A stretch of 64,000 nucleotides of DNA from Balanoglossus misakiensis (taxonomy: Eukaryota; Animalia; Hemichordata): positions 3,154,345 to 3,218,344 of the forward strand of contig CM082579.2 of assembly GCA_040954595.2 (NCBI GenBank), in the 5' to 3' direction. Below are positions 38,701-52,285 of this stretch, in pieces; within the stretch, counting starts at the first letter, position 1, and each line of letters starts with the position of its first letter. A program made the position numbers and the translations under genes. The notes beneath the pieces were generated by a model, which did no database searches, was not told the DNA's origin, and was given only the letters and a program-made list of their open reading frames with translations.

Positions 38701-39910
38701 AAACGACCAGACCGAACAACTTGGCGTAAGTATCTGCTGAAGCTCCGCCAGCACTTCAAAATTGGCACTTCGTTGCAAGGCTTCAGGAACTTCAAAAAAG
38801 AGGGCAGGTTTTAGTCATTGACAATTGAAAGTGACGTCTGTCGACTTGCCAAGTTTGCTTCCAGCCATTTTCTAAAAATAATCGTACAACTTACTTTTTT
38901 TGAACAGGGTTGTTTAGATACTGCCCTCGGAAATAGATACATAGCTTACCAACATGACGACTTCCGTTTTTCGGCGGTGGACGACAGCGGCACCGAGCAG
39001 CAATACACTACTGCGGACTTGGACAGCGATAACTGGTCACCCGACGGCGACAACAAGACCCAACAGTTCTTGGAATACCACGGTTACGACGAAAGCACGG
39101 CGATCTACGACATCGATTTCATCAATTCCGCGCTGTCCCAGGAGAGGCTGGAGTACACGATAACTACGGTGTTCAGACTGAACGAGAAGACGCCAGGCTC
39201 GCTGGTTCCCGCCAGGAGGAGGAGGAGCGTGATCGAGGAAGCTGTTCAGAGTGGAACCGGAGACAGGGTTATAATGGTCCATAGCGCGGTGTATACAAGA
39301 TCCGCTCCAGGGGGCGCCGTCATGCTACCTGAAATAGAGAGCGGGCATCGCCAACGACGAGACGCCGCGTCAAGAGCGAGAGATCCAACAGGTGAGGTCT
39401 TTTATTCCAATGACTAATAGGTTTAGACTTGATTTGGTGGGGCGTGTCCTCGATCCTAGACCAAATGTGCAGTAAATTATACAAGGTGATACCGAAAACT
39501 GCTTGTCCACAATGCTTGCATCATAGAACAGTTGACAGGCTTCATGCCATAATGACAGGTAAAATTGCTGCTTCAACAGTTTTTCACTCGTACCTGAACA
39601 AACGCCCGTTGATGTGAATCAAAATCAGTTTCTAACAGATGCCTAACTGTTTTCCAACCTTTTTCTCCCAACAGATCACCATGTTACCTTCATGTATGCA
39701 GGATGCCCAGAAAATTCACTGTACGACCAGGCGACCCTAGCTTGCATCTGCGGCATCGAGGAATACTACAGCGAAAAGTCATTCGAATGCGAGAAGTCCA
39801 GTATTTTTCTCGAAAAGCCAACAATCACACCATCCTCTGCCGACAACCCAAGGCCGTTATATTTCCTGTCTATATGTATAATTATTGTTTTAGTGTCCGC
39901 GTATTTATAA
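35702..39910 (+). CDS. Secreted/cell-surface glycoprotein resembling the FRAS1/FREM2 C-terminal domain; signal peptide, furin sites, Cys-rich segment and C-terminal hydrophobic tail (9 exons)
   Basis: Exons approx. 35702-35890, 36292-36628, 36883-37367, 37671-37756, 37910-38028, 38188-38336, 38638-38725, 38908-39391 and 39674-39910 join in frame with GT-AG; coding-like codon bias; many N-x-S/T sites; RRRR|SV and RQRR|DA. The gene model is firm, the family call is tentative. Confidence 0.8.
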
Positions 39911-40440
39911 TTTTTGTTGTAGAAACGCTCGATATATTACTATATTGTACATTGCCATACATGTATATTGCATAATGTAAATTTTGATGTGAGCTTAATT
40001 CTAAATATATATACATTAATTTAATTCACGAAGTGCGAATTTCATTTTGTTAACTTGAATGGGGAACAGGATCATTCTGATGTTGTGCTTCCGAATTTTG
40101 ACTCAAAAGTGCATTGGGGAAGGGGTATGTACATGTAATCACCATGGAGTCGCAACACTGCTGCGTGTACTACTAATGTCAAGACTGGAAGAAAAATTGG
40201 CAATTACTGGTTTGCCGGTCGCGTACGAAAATAAGTGCTCCCTGCGAGGCACCAAAGAACACGCGAAAATGATATCACGTGGGTTTTTCCACGATGACGC
40301 AGGTATTCCATTGAAGTTTCTCATAACACAATACACTCATTGTCTTTTGACCGGCCGCAGCAGAAGATCAGTCGTCATAGCATCGATCCGTCGTCGATGG
40401 ACGTTGGTTATCCCAACACGGATGAGATAAACGCGTCAAG

Positions 40441-43100
40441 ATGTTTCAATCGACGTATTTAGCCGTCGTTTGTATGGCCGCGTCGGTTATTTGCAACCAA
40501 GAGGACGATTTCACCAATATCAAGTTGTCTTGTCACCGGTCATCCTACATGGTGCCCATCGAGAAACATGAAACGGGCTACATTTACTTGGGAGCGGCCC
40601 ACGAGAACGCCACAGCCAGGAGCCTGGCGGAGTGCGTCACCTTCTGCACAAGACGCGGTGACTGTGAATCGGTGAACTTCTGGAAGAACGAGAGAGTTTG
40701 TCAGATGAACAGTGGTGTCGTCGACGACTTGTCTTTCTTCACTGCCTGGAACGGTGGCGTTTACAGACAGCTGGCTGCTACTCACACGGTAAGACTTTCG
40801 GTTTAGCTACCACGCTTCTAAGCACCAGTGCAGTAGGCACGGTGAACTTGTTGGATGCTTTTACCTCGACTCCCATCCCAAGTTACCTCGAAGGTTTATT
40901 TATGACGTAGCGAAGTATATGAAAGTCGAGGTAGGAGATGGAAGAGGGTGCTTTCAGACGAAAGCGTTTGCCTCCTAAAACTTAATCGTACAAAAAAATC
41001 ACTTTTGTGTGTATTTTTCTGAACAATGAAGAATCGATTTCGTCGATGTTTACTTCACGCCGAATGCATGCAAAGGCTGGTTTGAATATTAACACTCGCT
41101 TCAAAGGAAAACTAAAATCTTGTTATTTTGAGGCAAAGTGGTTGGATAGAGCCTGAAAATAATGCAGTTTCGGAGACACGTTGGCGTAGCGAAATTTTCT
41201 TTTATTTGCCACATATCTTAAATAATTGATGAATTCAAAGTCTGCTGGTAATTACGTAATGGTGGCAACCTTTTCATGACCTTGAATTATGGTGTATCGG
41301 TTTGATTGAAACCTCAAACTTTTTTTTTTTGCATAATCAGGATTCCCTAGGAGGTTGTCACGGCAACCCGTGCAAGAACGGAGCCACCTGCCACGAAATC
41401 TGTGACGGCAGCGCGCGTCACTATGAATGCACTTGCACCGTTAGTCACGAAGGATACGACTGCGAGACAGGTAAGTTGTGCGTGAACAAAAAGTATTTGA
41501 TTCATGATCGATATATACCTGTAAATATTCCAATGGCACTGTCTTTCTTCCCCTTATAAATCCAGCTGCGATGACGATGATGACAACCACCACAGGTTGC
41601 CAAGGTGGCACCGTCATCTGCGAACGTTGGGCTTTTACCAAGTTTATACATTGAAATTCTCCCCGCAGCCAAGTGTTACTCTCCAAGCGTACCAGCAAAT
41701 GCCTACATCACCGCATCTTACAGCTGGCCCGTGGCGAGTGGAACACAGATTCAAATCTTGTGTAATACTTGGTACAACATCGCAGGGTCGAGTACGGTCA
41801 CATGCACCGCCGGATCGTGGAGCGCCACACCCTCCTGTTCACGTGAGTGCCTGCACATTCTTCTATCCTGCACACGTTTAGCACAGTCTTGCATATCTTC
41901 TGAATGTGTTTCCGAACATTACCGAACAGAGGCAAAACAGAGGACAGATTTATATCTGGACCCGCTCCGGCTTTTGATTTCCTTCTTCACAGTCGGGTAT
42001 CCCGCGCAGTCTTGGCATTCTGACATTTTTATAGTGAGCGATTGAGTGAGTCATCCTCAGCGAGTGAGTGAGTGAGTGAGTGAGTGACATATCTTTCACT
42101 TTCTCTCACCGGGTCATTATGCCTTTGCAGTCGTTTGAAATTATGAAACGTTTGTTTTGACCTTTTCCATGGCAGTCTGCAGTGCATCTGCTGTTGGATG
42201 CCAAAGTGGTGCCATCCCAAACTCCCAGATTACGGCCAGCAGCAACTATGGAGGGAATTACATGTCTTACCAAGGTCGTTTGAATTGGGCCGCCGGTGGA
42301 TATTCTTACGGCTGGTGTTCTGCTTATAACTCGGTCGGTCAGTGGTTGCAAGTCGACATCGGGTCTGCTAGGATGGTCACACAAGTCGCTACACAGGTAA
42401 TTATAATATGTCGAAGGACAGATTGGAAACTTGGTCGTAGAATACTGTACATGTAGACTTTGACTACAAAATTGTCGTATTACAGTCTATGCATATGTCT
42501 AGAAATTCAAACGAAAGGAAACATGTGCAACAATGTTTTAATAAGTTTTGAAACTCTCCCTCTCTCTCCCCCCCCCTCTCTCTCTCTCTCTCCCTCCATC
42601 CCTCCCCATTCTCTCTCCCTCTACCAATTCATATTTCCAGGGACGTGGTGATGCTGGCCAATGGGTTACGTCGTACAAGTTATACCACTATTACGACGGC
42701 GGAAGCTGGACCTACGTCAAGGAAGATAACGGTCATGACAAGGTAAGAAGAACCACCTTAAACCTAACTTTATCCCCAATAGCAGATACATACGCACGCA
42801 TGGAACCATTGTATGGAGAAAAGGAGTAAGCCTTACACGGGTGAGAGAGATGGCGCAATTCAACTACAACTAGTGTACGTTACTTCTGGGATGTTTGCAG
42901 GAAAATGTTCTCTGCATTTTAACCCTGACCGGTTTTTGTAATTATTCTTTCAGGTCTTTTCCGGCAACTGGAACAGTAACACCATCGTCTACCAAGCTCT
43001 GAGTACAAAGTCGTTTGTGGCGCGTTATGTCAGGTTCGTTGTCCAGGGATGGTATGGTCACATGGCGATGAGAGTTGAAGTCTACGCATGTACTGGATGA
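40441..43100 (+). CDS. Secreted PAN/apple - EGF - sushi(CCP) - F5/8 type C (discoidin) protein, copy A
   Basis: Signal peptide; PAN (SLAECVTFC...CESVNF...CQMN); EGF (CHGNPCKNGATC...CTCTVSHEGYDCE); sushi (C...C...Y...G...TCTAGSWSATPSC); F5/8C (IPNSQITASS...QWLQVD...VATQ|GR...WVTSY...MRVEVYAC). Six exons. Confidence 0.9.
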
Positions 43101-43854
43101 CGCCATGGAAATTGGGGACGTGTGCATAAACGGAGTGAGCTCAGTACAACTTATTCCTGTAAATGTTTTCGTGAACGATTTAGAGATTTGGGATCTTTTA
43201 AATATATATAACCGTCAAGACGAACTGGCCCACGTTTGTTGAGTTGCAAATTTTGCGGATGATTTTGAGGCGTTCTCCGAAGTAGATTTCATTTTTGTGT
43301 GTGGACGAAGACAAGCCAATTATCTCTGAAATGTCAAATGGGAAAATTGATTAAAGTTCCTGTGGTGAGAATATGTATAAATTTGTACATTCAGTTTCAA
43401 CCCATATACCTTATGTTTTCTATAGTTTGGTGACGTTTGAAGGTAATCTATCTAATAAACCAACATCATGACTATTTAATATCATGATTCTCTCAATAAT
43501 CCGATATGGTATGTCACGTGACCCCTTTCAAAAAGAATGTTTGTGCCAGAGTCCACTTTTTTCTGGTTTAGTTTTCTTGGCAGTTTTGGTTATTCAACAT
43601 CATAGCCCCCACCCACACGCACACACGCATATATTCATGTACGAAAACAGTACATGCACCCCGACAAAAGTACAAAACGGAAGTGATGGCACCGATTTCT
43701 TTTTGCGCTGACAAATATATTCTATTCAGTTTCTTATAAAAACAATGCGCCCATTGTCTTTTGACCGGGCGCAGCTAAAGATCAGTCGTGAGAGCATCGA
43801 TCCGTTGTCGATGGACGTTAGTTATTCCAACACGGATGAGATAAACACTTCAAA

Positions 43855-46554
43855 ATGTTTCAGTTTACGTGTTTAGTCGTCGTTTGTCTGGCCGCGTCGG
43901 TTATTTGCAACCAAGAGGACGATTTCACCAACATCAAGTTGTCTTGTCACCGGTCATCCTACATGGTGCCCATCGAGAAACATGAAACGGGCTACATTTA
44001 CTTGGGAGCGGGCCACGAGAACACCACAGCCAGGAGCCTGGCGGAGTGTGTCACCTTCTGCACAAGACGCGGTGACTGTGAATCGGTGAACTTCTGGAAG
44101 AACGAGAGAGTTTGTCAGATGAACAGTGGTGTCGTCGACGACTTGTCCCTCTTCACTGCCTGGAACGGTGGTGTTTACAGACAGCTGGCTGCCACCCACA
44201 CGGTAAGAGAGTGTTTAGTTTACCACAGACATCCCAGAAGTGTGAGGAGCTTGACTAAATGCCCTCCCCCTTATGCGCAAATCAAAACCACAGCATGAAC
44301 GTCTTACGTGTTCTACTTTTATTCTCATCTCGTGTCTCCTCCCCCCAGTCCCGGTGAAGATATAGTTTTGCAGATGTAAACCAAACATCTATAATGCATG
44401 TCTTTTATTATATCTAAAAATTCTCCTCACTGTCTTTTTGCCGTGCGTTTAAGAGCCGATCAATATTAATCGATATTTTCTCCCCGTTTTTCAATGACTG
44501 TCCTTTCTATTTTTACCGTTTCTATGTTTTGATACAAGGAAAACAAATACTCTCGCTGTTATGTAAATTAAAATAATTCTCTAAAGAAAATAACGAGAGA
44601 CGCTTACTTGTTATGATGTACTGTAATTTGGTTCTTAAAAACATATGTAGTTTTTTTTGCCTTTGCTGATACAACTTATCGATCTATACACAGTTGTTAG
44701 GCTCAGCGCAACCTTCAGTCGCTGTGGGAAGACACTGAGCTTCAACGTTGAAAAAAATAGCTCACTATTAGCCTGGCAGTGAAGTGTCTAATGCTGTGAC
44801 CAAAATACGATACACAAAATCCTGCGGTAAAATAAGTTTCTTGACTATCAATTTTTTCGCCTTGATTAGGATTCCCTTGGAGGTTGTCATGGTAACCCAT
44901 GCAAGAACGGAGCCACCTGCCACGAAATCTGTGACGGCAGCGCGCGTCACTATGAATGCACTTGCACCGTTAGTCATGAGGGCTACGACTGCGAGACAGG
45001 TATGCGTCTTTCTGTTCTAAAATAAGTGTAACATAACCAATTCATTAGCTGAGGGAGCATTCGTTGTCGTATTTGGGGGGGGGGGGGTGAGGGGTCACAG
45101 TGTAGAAAAGTAATTTTCTCCCTTTAGTGCTCGGTTCAGACAAAGTATAGGCCTACAATAGAATCAAACAAAGTTGATTCTCGTTCTTTGTGATCATTCC
45201 CAAAACTACTTTTTTTACAGCGAAGTGTTACTCTCCGAGCGTACCAGCAAATGCCTACATCACCGCATCTTACAGCTGGCCCGTGGCGAGTGGAACACAG
45301 ATTCAAATCCTGTGTAATACTTGGTACAACATCGCGGGTTCGAGTACGGTCACATGCACCGCCGGATCGTGGAGCGCCACTCCCTCCTGTTCAAGTGAGT
45401 GCAGAATTTAAATTCATAAATTGTGAATGGCATAGAGGCTATGTACGCTAAAAACGGAAATTAGGATTCTTCTGAGGAAAAGTACGTGTTACATAGTCAA
45501 AAAATCACGTTTCAGCGACGTGTTTACCTTGTGAATTTGGCTGTCGACTCCGTTTCGGATTCCGATAGAGATGACTGGAAAAATAGGAAAAGTCGATGAA
45601 GCTGAAAACCTACAATTTTTATTTCAAGGTACAATGTACATTATGTAATTCCTTTTGTCCAAGTGTTCAGTTATATAATATGACAGCGCCTACACCATCA
45701 CTGCACCTGGAACGTTCATTCCTAACTCCGGCAACTTCACTTTTAACAGTATGTAGTGGCAGCGCCGTTGGATGCCAGAGCTACGCCATACCAAATTCAC
45801 AGATAACGGCTAGCAGCAACTATGATGGTAATCACATGTCGTACCAAGGGCGTCTATACTATCAGAGCTCTGGGTCCTGGTCTTGGTGTTCTCGTTATAA
45901 CTCGGTCGGTCAGTGGTTGCAGGTGGACATCGGGTCAGCTAGGATGGTCACACAAGTCGCCACACAGGTAATGGAGTTATTTCAAACACCATGTTTACGC
46001 AGTGTTCAAAGTTAATCGTTTAATTTCATGAACGTTTTCGGCGGAAGCAAAATCCGCATATTGTACAGATCAGAGCCATATAACTCCGTAATTGTCTATT
46101 TATTCTGACTGTCGCCGATTTTTTTACTTATAGGGTCGGGGAGATAGTGACCAATGGGTTACGTCATACAAGATATACCACTATTACCACGGTGGCAGCT
46201 GGACCTACGTAAGAGAAGATAATGGCAGTGACAAGGTTCGTGTCGCCGGCGATACATCGTCCGCTCGCTCGGGTCGTTGGCTCGAGCACTGTCTCCTCTG
46301 ACGACAGTGTAGACTTTCTTAGTTTCTTAGTTGCTTGGTTTACAACGCGTATAGTACACACCCTTAAATAATTTTTTATTTTAATTATACTTTTCGATGT
46401 TTTTCAGACGTTTTCCGGCAATTGGAACAGGAACACCGTTGTCTACCACGCCCTGGGCTCCAAATCGTTTGTAGCGCAATTTGTCAGGTTCGTCGTCCAA
46501 GGATGGTACAACCACATGTCAATGAGGGTTGAGGTCTACGCATGCACGGGATAG
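43855..46554 (+). CDS. Secreted PAN/apple - EGF - sushi - F5/8 type C protein, copy B (tandem paralog)
   Basis: Same six-exon structure and phases as copy A (43855-44202, 44870-44999, 45221-45394, 45750-45967, 46133-46234, 46408-46554); intact reading frame. Confidence 0.9.
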
Positions 46555-47240
46555 ACACCCGATGGACGACACGGAAATATCAAACGAAACCAATCTAGCA
46601 GACGTCGATTTACTAGTATATATCTGAAGTTGTGTATAGTTCTGATCTATCTATAGTATAAAAACTAGTTGTTAATCGTGCGTCGTTGAAACAGCGATCA
46701 GGGTCCGGAGAGCGGGGAAACTTTTGAGAGTGGGTGACGTATGAAATGAGGGTGTTTTTGAAACACAGTTGTCAAGATCAATGTGCGTTCCACTCAAAAG
46801 AAAGTACATGTATGCTATCCTTTCTAGCTTTGATAGCACGCATTCGGCGCATGGAGATCATGAATCCTATTGTGTAGTACAGTGTATGCAATGTGGTTGT
46901 GTGGGTTGACTGCAATTAGCCAAAGACCATAATCTTGTAAATATTAAATTAAATAGTAGTTTTGCCTACAATTACATTTCTGGGAGAGCCTTTTTTTCTT
47001 CTCATATAATGGTCCGACAATTGCTTCTTCTGGTGACTGACGTTACGATGATACAAATTGCCTTGACAAGGACAAAATCAATTTGGGGTCTATGTCACAC
47101 AAGTTTTATTTTTTTACAATTAACTAGTACTAATAGTCCCACGCACAACATTCTGAAACTAGACATGTGCTTTAGAGTTCGCGTAGAGGCCTAGCATATA
47201 TTTAAAAATCCGGTCAATGATAAATTTGATATTGGCGATT

Positions 47241-50200
47241 TCAAGAGATATCGTCGTCCAAGCCATGTTCTGTAACGATGGTAACTGGTATGTCTGGCGC
47301 CGTTTGTGCAGTCATCACGTCGGTAGTTTGCGTTGATCCGGGCGATTGGTTGGAACTTGATATTTCATCTGTAGGTGACGGGAGAATCAGAGTCGGCGGT
47401 ATGCATAAACCTTTGAAGTTGACAAATGACTCTGAACGTGATCTTTTGCGTTTCGGTTTTGGGGAGCAATGTTCTTCCGGCAAGTCATCACGTCCGTCGA
47501 ACACGTTATCGTCTCCATTGTTTGAAGTCGTACACAGCCGAGACATATCCTTGTCCGTGAATGTGTCTACCAAACCGGGATAAGTCGCCAAGGACATCCT
47601 GAGATCGGGTCCAGGCCTTGCTGTCGCGGGGCGTTCCTTCAAGATGTCGCTCTTACTGTACGACGGTTTCGGCACGTCGAGAAAATGTCCCGTTGTCGTG
47701 AACCTCGACATCGCCGTCACGCGCTCCGTCGTGCTTTCCGGCAGCGAACCCGATCGCATGCTACGAGCCCCTCGTCCGATGACGTCATCGCGGCTGTGGC
47801 TCGCACATTCCGCGCTGAATGCCGACAGCCCGCCGACGCTTGGCAGTCGAGTCGACCGGGTCCGGTTGTCGCTGTTCAGAGACGACGCGGTCGAACTTGA
47901 TCGTGACCGCCATGTTGGGATATTAACAGAACTCATGCGTCGACTTATTGTCTCAATTTCTTCGATGCGACCGTTTCTGCAGTGTTTGTGACGTAGTTTC
48001 CGGTACAGCCGCCTGACGGCCGAGCGAAACTTTCTGTTTCCAAATCCGTACACGAGGGGGTTGAGTGCGGATGCCATGAGCGCCAACCAGGTTGCCGCAG
48101 TGGACACCGCTGGATTCCAACCAACATTGTTCTTCTGCAGCTGCACTCTAACCATATGACAAATGTTCACAACGATATAAGGCAGCCAACAGACGAGAAA
48201 AACAAATACGACAAGAAACAAACGTCTTGTTGCCCTTGACTTTGATCGGAAAAGCGTTCCCGTGGTTTGATCGACGACCCCGGCGCCGGTGCTACTGACG
48301 GATATATTATCCAATTCGGGTGTCACGCTGATCACGTCATATGCGGCAGCGTTTTCCCGATCAAAAACTGCCGAGGACTCTCCCACCGATGGCGACCTGC
48401 GCAAATTCTGTCGACTGGCGCCGAGTTGGATGTGCACGTCACTTATTCGGCGAGCGTGTTGCCTGGCGACGCGCAGTATCCTCCCGTAGCAAACCAGGAG
48501 AACGGTCAACGGGAGGACGAAACAGGCGCCAGCCATGAACAGCGTGTAGCTGGGGTCCTCGGTCCAGTCAACCGAACACGCAAATCTGGCCGGAATGTAA
48601 TCATAACGGCCCCATCCGACCAGCGGACAGCAGCTGCAGACGAGTGCTTGAAACCACGTCCACGCCAGGATGGCAATGGCCTGACGCCGATGCTCGGGCG
48701 ATGCGTAGTACAGACAGTGTATGATTGCGGAGTACCGATCCATCGCTATGGCAACTATGGACACCACAGAATTGATGCAGCAGAGTACAGTGAAGACACC
48801 AAGGAACTGACAGGCAACCTGAAAGGGGAAAAAACTTAAAATAATGAAACAGAATTAAAATTTTTGTTGCCGTCACACAAGAACGAAATAATAGGCATCT
48901 GAAAGTACGCGATGTCTTATATAGGCCTATATTTGCATCGGTAGACTCGTCTATACGCAGGACATGTAGACAGATGTGATGAATTGTAATCCAGAGTGAT
49001 TGAGGAAGCTGGATATAATTAATTAGTTATTACGTAAAACAAAGCTAACGGAAATAGTCTCTTTTCAAGCAGACGCAAACATATTAGAGATAAAGGCAAA
49101 CTTGACTACTTGAATGTCTGGTCAAAGTCTACCGTCTTTTGGGTAACATCGATTTTTAATTTTCAATGTGAAAATATGAGAAAACGACACCTAAGTATTT
49201 CTTGCACTGAATTTTGTCTACCGAATTGTAGATACTGCTGTCATGTCTATTATCTTGTTATACTTCGCAACACCTATTTTGTGTCAAAAGTAATCAGTTT
49301 AATGCGTCCGTTTCTTTACTTCGACTTCGAACATTCTACAATCGTTGTTGTTGCGGCACAATGAAGAGTTCGCGGTGTTCGCTGATGCATCTTTTCATCG
49401 ATGTCGAATAGATGTCAGACCCTATAATGACGGCCATCGGTTTAAGTAATTGGGCTGAAGAGAGATCAAGGTCCCCTCTCCCATAAAAAAATGAAGGCTG
49501 GCAGCGGATTTGAAGAAACAGCCTCAGAGCAGCCACAGACAGGTAGACAGGCAGACAGAATATAATTTTGTCATGAAAAAAATATTTTTCAGACAAGCAG
49601 AAATTCTGCCGACAATTGTGTAAGCAATACAAATATTCATGTACATTTAACTAATCCGTGGCAGGTAAATAGTGCGGAGTTATTTTTAAATTGAACGAAA
49701 ATTGTCAGTCCATGGATCCGATGACGTCACTGGGAACCGATATGAAGTTGATAAAGTAGCAGTGCGTGATCGCACGCACGCACACAAACGTTGAAACTTG
49801 AAAGATTGTATGTTAACTCGTGTTTCTTGACACCGGGAAACCCGACAGATACCATCGATCCTTTCTGGCACATATATTGACCTGTAATTACAGCAGTGGT
49901 GATGTATGAGCTGCCGATAGGGCTAACCCGAATGACTTCTTTGACACTTTATGTGGCCTTCAAGCACTGGTATATGTAAATCATCCCAGTTTACTGCATA
50001 AAAACATAGGGTATCTCAACAGTTACAACACGGCTAGTGGGCAGCTGGGGACAATTTTCAGGTGTTATTAATCACTGTCTCTTGACGCTTGGGACCAGAA
50101 ATCACTTAATTGTGCGGCAAACGAGAAATAGCTGGCCACGTTGGTAGTTCAGCATTTATCGTGCGATTTAGTAACGCCGTATAAAAGTAACAAATCGTAA

Positions 50201-50859
50201 ATGTCGATAGTTATTTTGCATTTTTATTTGCATTATAAGCAAACTGACGCAAGTAAGAACGAAGGTGGGTTAATTTAGGTTTATGCACGTAGCCTTAAAA
50301 TGCCCATTTTGGGCTACCAAAACATATGCCCTCCTTCCCTCGTCCTTTTAGTGTGTTTTTTCATTAAATTAGAAAAATCTCCTCAAATTTGTTTGAGGTA
50401 TTGGCAATGTTCAGTAGTCGTAAAAATCAAGACTCCGTCGACTCGGTATAGTTGGCACGTATTACTGTCCAATGCACTAATGTAGTCAGACTGCTGGTTT
50501 GGGGGAAACAAATGCAATCTTACCTCTCCGTGGATAAATCTTTCATTTATCACATTTTGGGCTATGAATGGCATCGCTATCGCCCCAAGCAGAAAGTCAC
50601 TTGTGGACAGGTTAATCAGGAACATTGAAGCTATGGTGTGAAGCTTCTTGGTCAGCGCCACGACTATGATTATGCTGATGTTGCCCAGAACCGAAGTCAC
50701 TGAGAACAGTAGCATGGTGACAAATAGGCAAGTCCGGCCGGCCGTGGTCAAGTGGTAGCTGTTGAGTTCTTCACATTTACTACTCGTCGTCGACGTCGTG
50801 TTCACGGATACAGTAGAAAGCAGCCACCGGTCGTCGGGGGGTTCATCTAACCCATCCAT
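47241..50859 (-). CDS. Orphan rhodopsin-family (class A) GPCR, possibly GPR161-like; exons 50859-50524 and 48818-47241
   Basis: TM1 GN, TM2 NLSTSD, TM3 C...DRY, TM6 CWLPY, TM7 NPLVY, long Ser/Arg-rich C-tail. Confidence 0.9.
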
Positions 50860-52285
50860 TATACAGTCTTTCAAAGTTTGGTTGACTGTGAACTTTATAG
50901 ACGTATACCGCCGCGATTTTTTCTCGGTGATCGTTACATCTCACGCCCGCCGCGCACAATACTTCGCGCATTTCATCAAAGCTATCGAACAGCAATGTAT
51001 GCCATAGAGGTGGCCTCTGCACGCGATTTAGGTAAAGGCTTCCACTCTGCCACTCAGCGTGCCGCTTCCAATCACTTCCCTGTCGACGGCTCTCCAATGC
51101 TGCAGTGCGCAGATTCACGTGTATATAACGGGCAACAAATTACAATAACGGTGACTCTAGTCACGTGAACGCCGCCGCACAATGGCTGATTTAGAAGAGC
51201 ACAACGGTAATGCAGGCTAATACTCTTTCAGTTAGTATCGTTTACTGTTCTTATTAAGGCGGACTTGTTGAATATGTCCAACTTAATATGTGAGTGTGCA
51301 GCTATTAATCAGCCTATACTTAATACCATGGCAACACGAGTTCCATGCCAATTCAAGTAATTATCTTAATTTCGAAAAACGTTTGCTCAATATATGACCC
51401 ACTGTATCCTAACAATCTAATTTCTCTGTTTTTACTCGCTGTCCAGCAAACAAGTCAAAAACACGTTGATTACACTTTCGCTTTTAAAGAATTTATACAA
51501 TAACAAATTGCAAAATTATTCAAGGTAAACTTTGTGTACTTTATTCAGCTCTCCTCAATTCCTGATACATTTTTGGTTTAGATTGAATATAATTCAGGGT
51601 TGGTGTCCTTGTCAGAAGTAATGCAAATGTAGACGAGAAAGTGAATGTCGAATGCACTAAAACATATCATTGAGGACCTTTAATCAAAATTAACAGATGT
51701 GACGGAGTATGTTTCTCGAGCAGTGCGGGACGTCAAAATGATTGACAAGGAAAAGCAGCAACGTGTTTTGGAGGTAAATGGCCAACGATGATTAAGAGTA
51801 GGGTAACAGAATAAACGTAACCGTGGTGATGTTAATATTCACAAGATCGCTAAGTGTGATTGCAAATCTGACTTGTTTGATGGTGTAAATTAGAATTCAT
51901 AAATTTGCGACTCTTTCGGGAAAGCCTGTTTCTCTCACTTACTACATATTAACCTTGTTCGGCAGTTGATTGATGTCCCTTTTCAAAAAAATACCACAAG
52001 TGTAAATTTGCTCACTATAAATACTTTTCTATAAATAGAAACGTGGAGAGCTTCACCAAACGTTACAGTTGTCGGCGTCAAACAACCGTTAATTATCGAA
52101 CTACTTGTGGTATAGGCAGTGGGGGTGAATGTGGGGAGGCAGTGGCAAGTACACCAGCTCACAATTACTTGTGAGAAAAATTGAGACATCCGAGAAGTCC
52201 AAAAGAACTTTTGTGATTATAATAATTTTGGCATGCTAATGTCGCAGTGACATGACACGAAGAATCTTCCCTCTATAAAGGGATT

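Noticed and set aside
48040-48100. GPCR as an opsin
   Set aside because: TM7 reads WLALMASALNPLVY; the retinal-binding Lys position (six residues before the N of NPxxY) is Leu.
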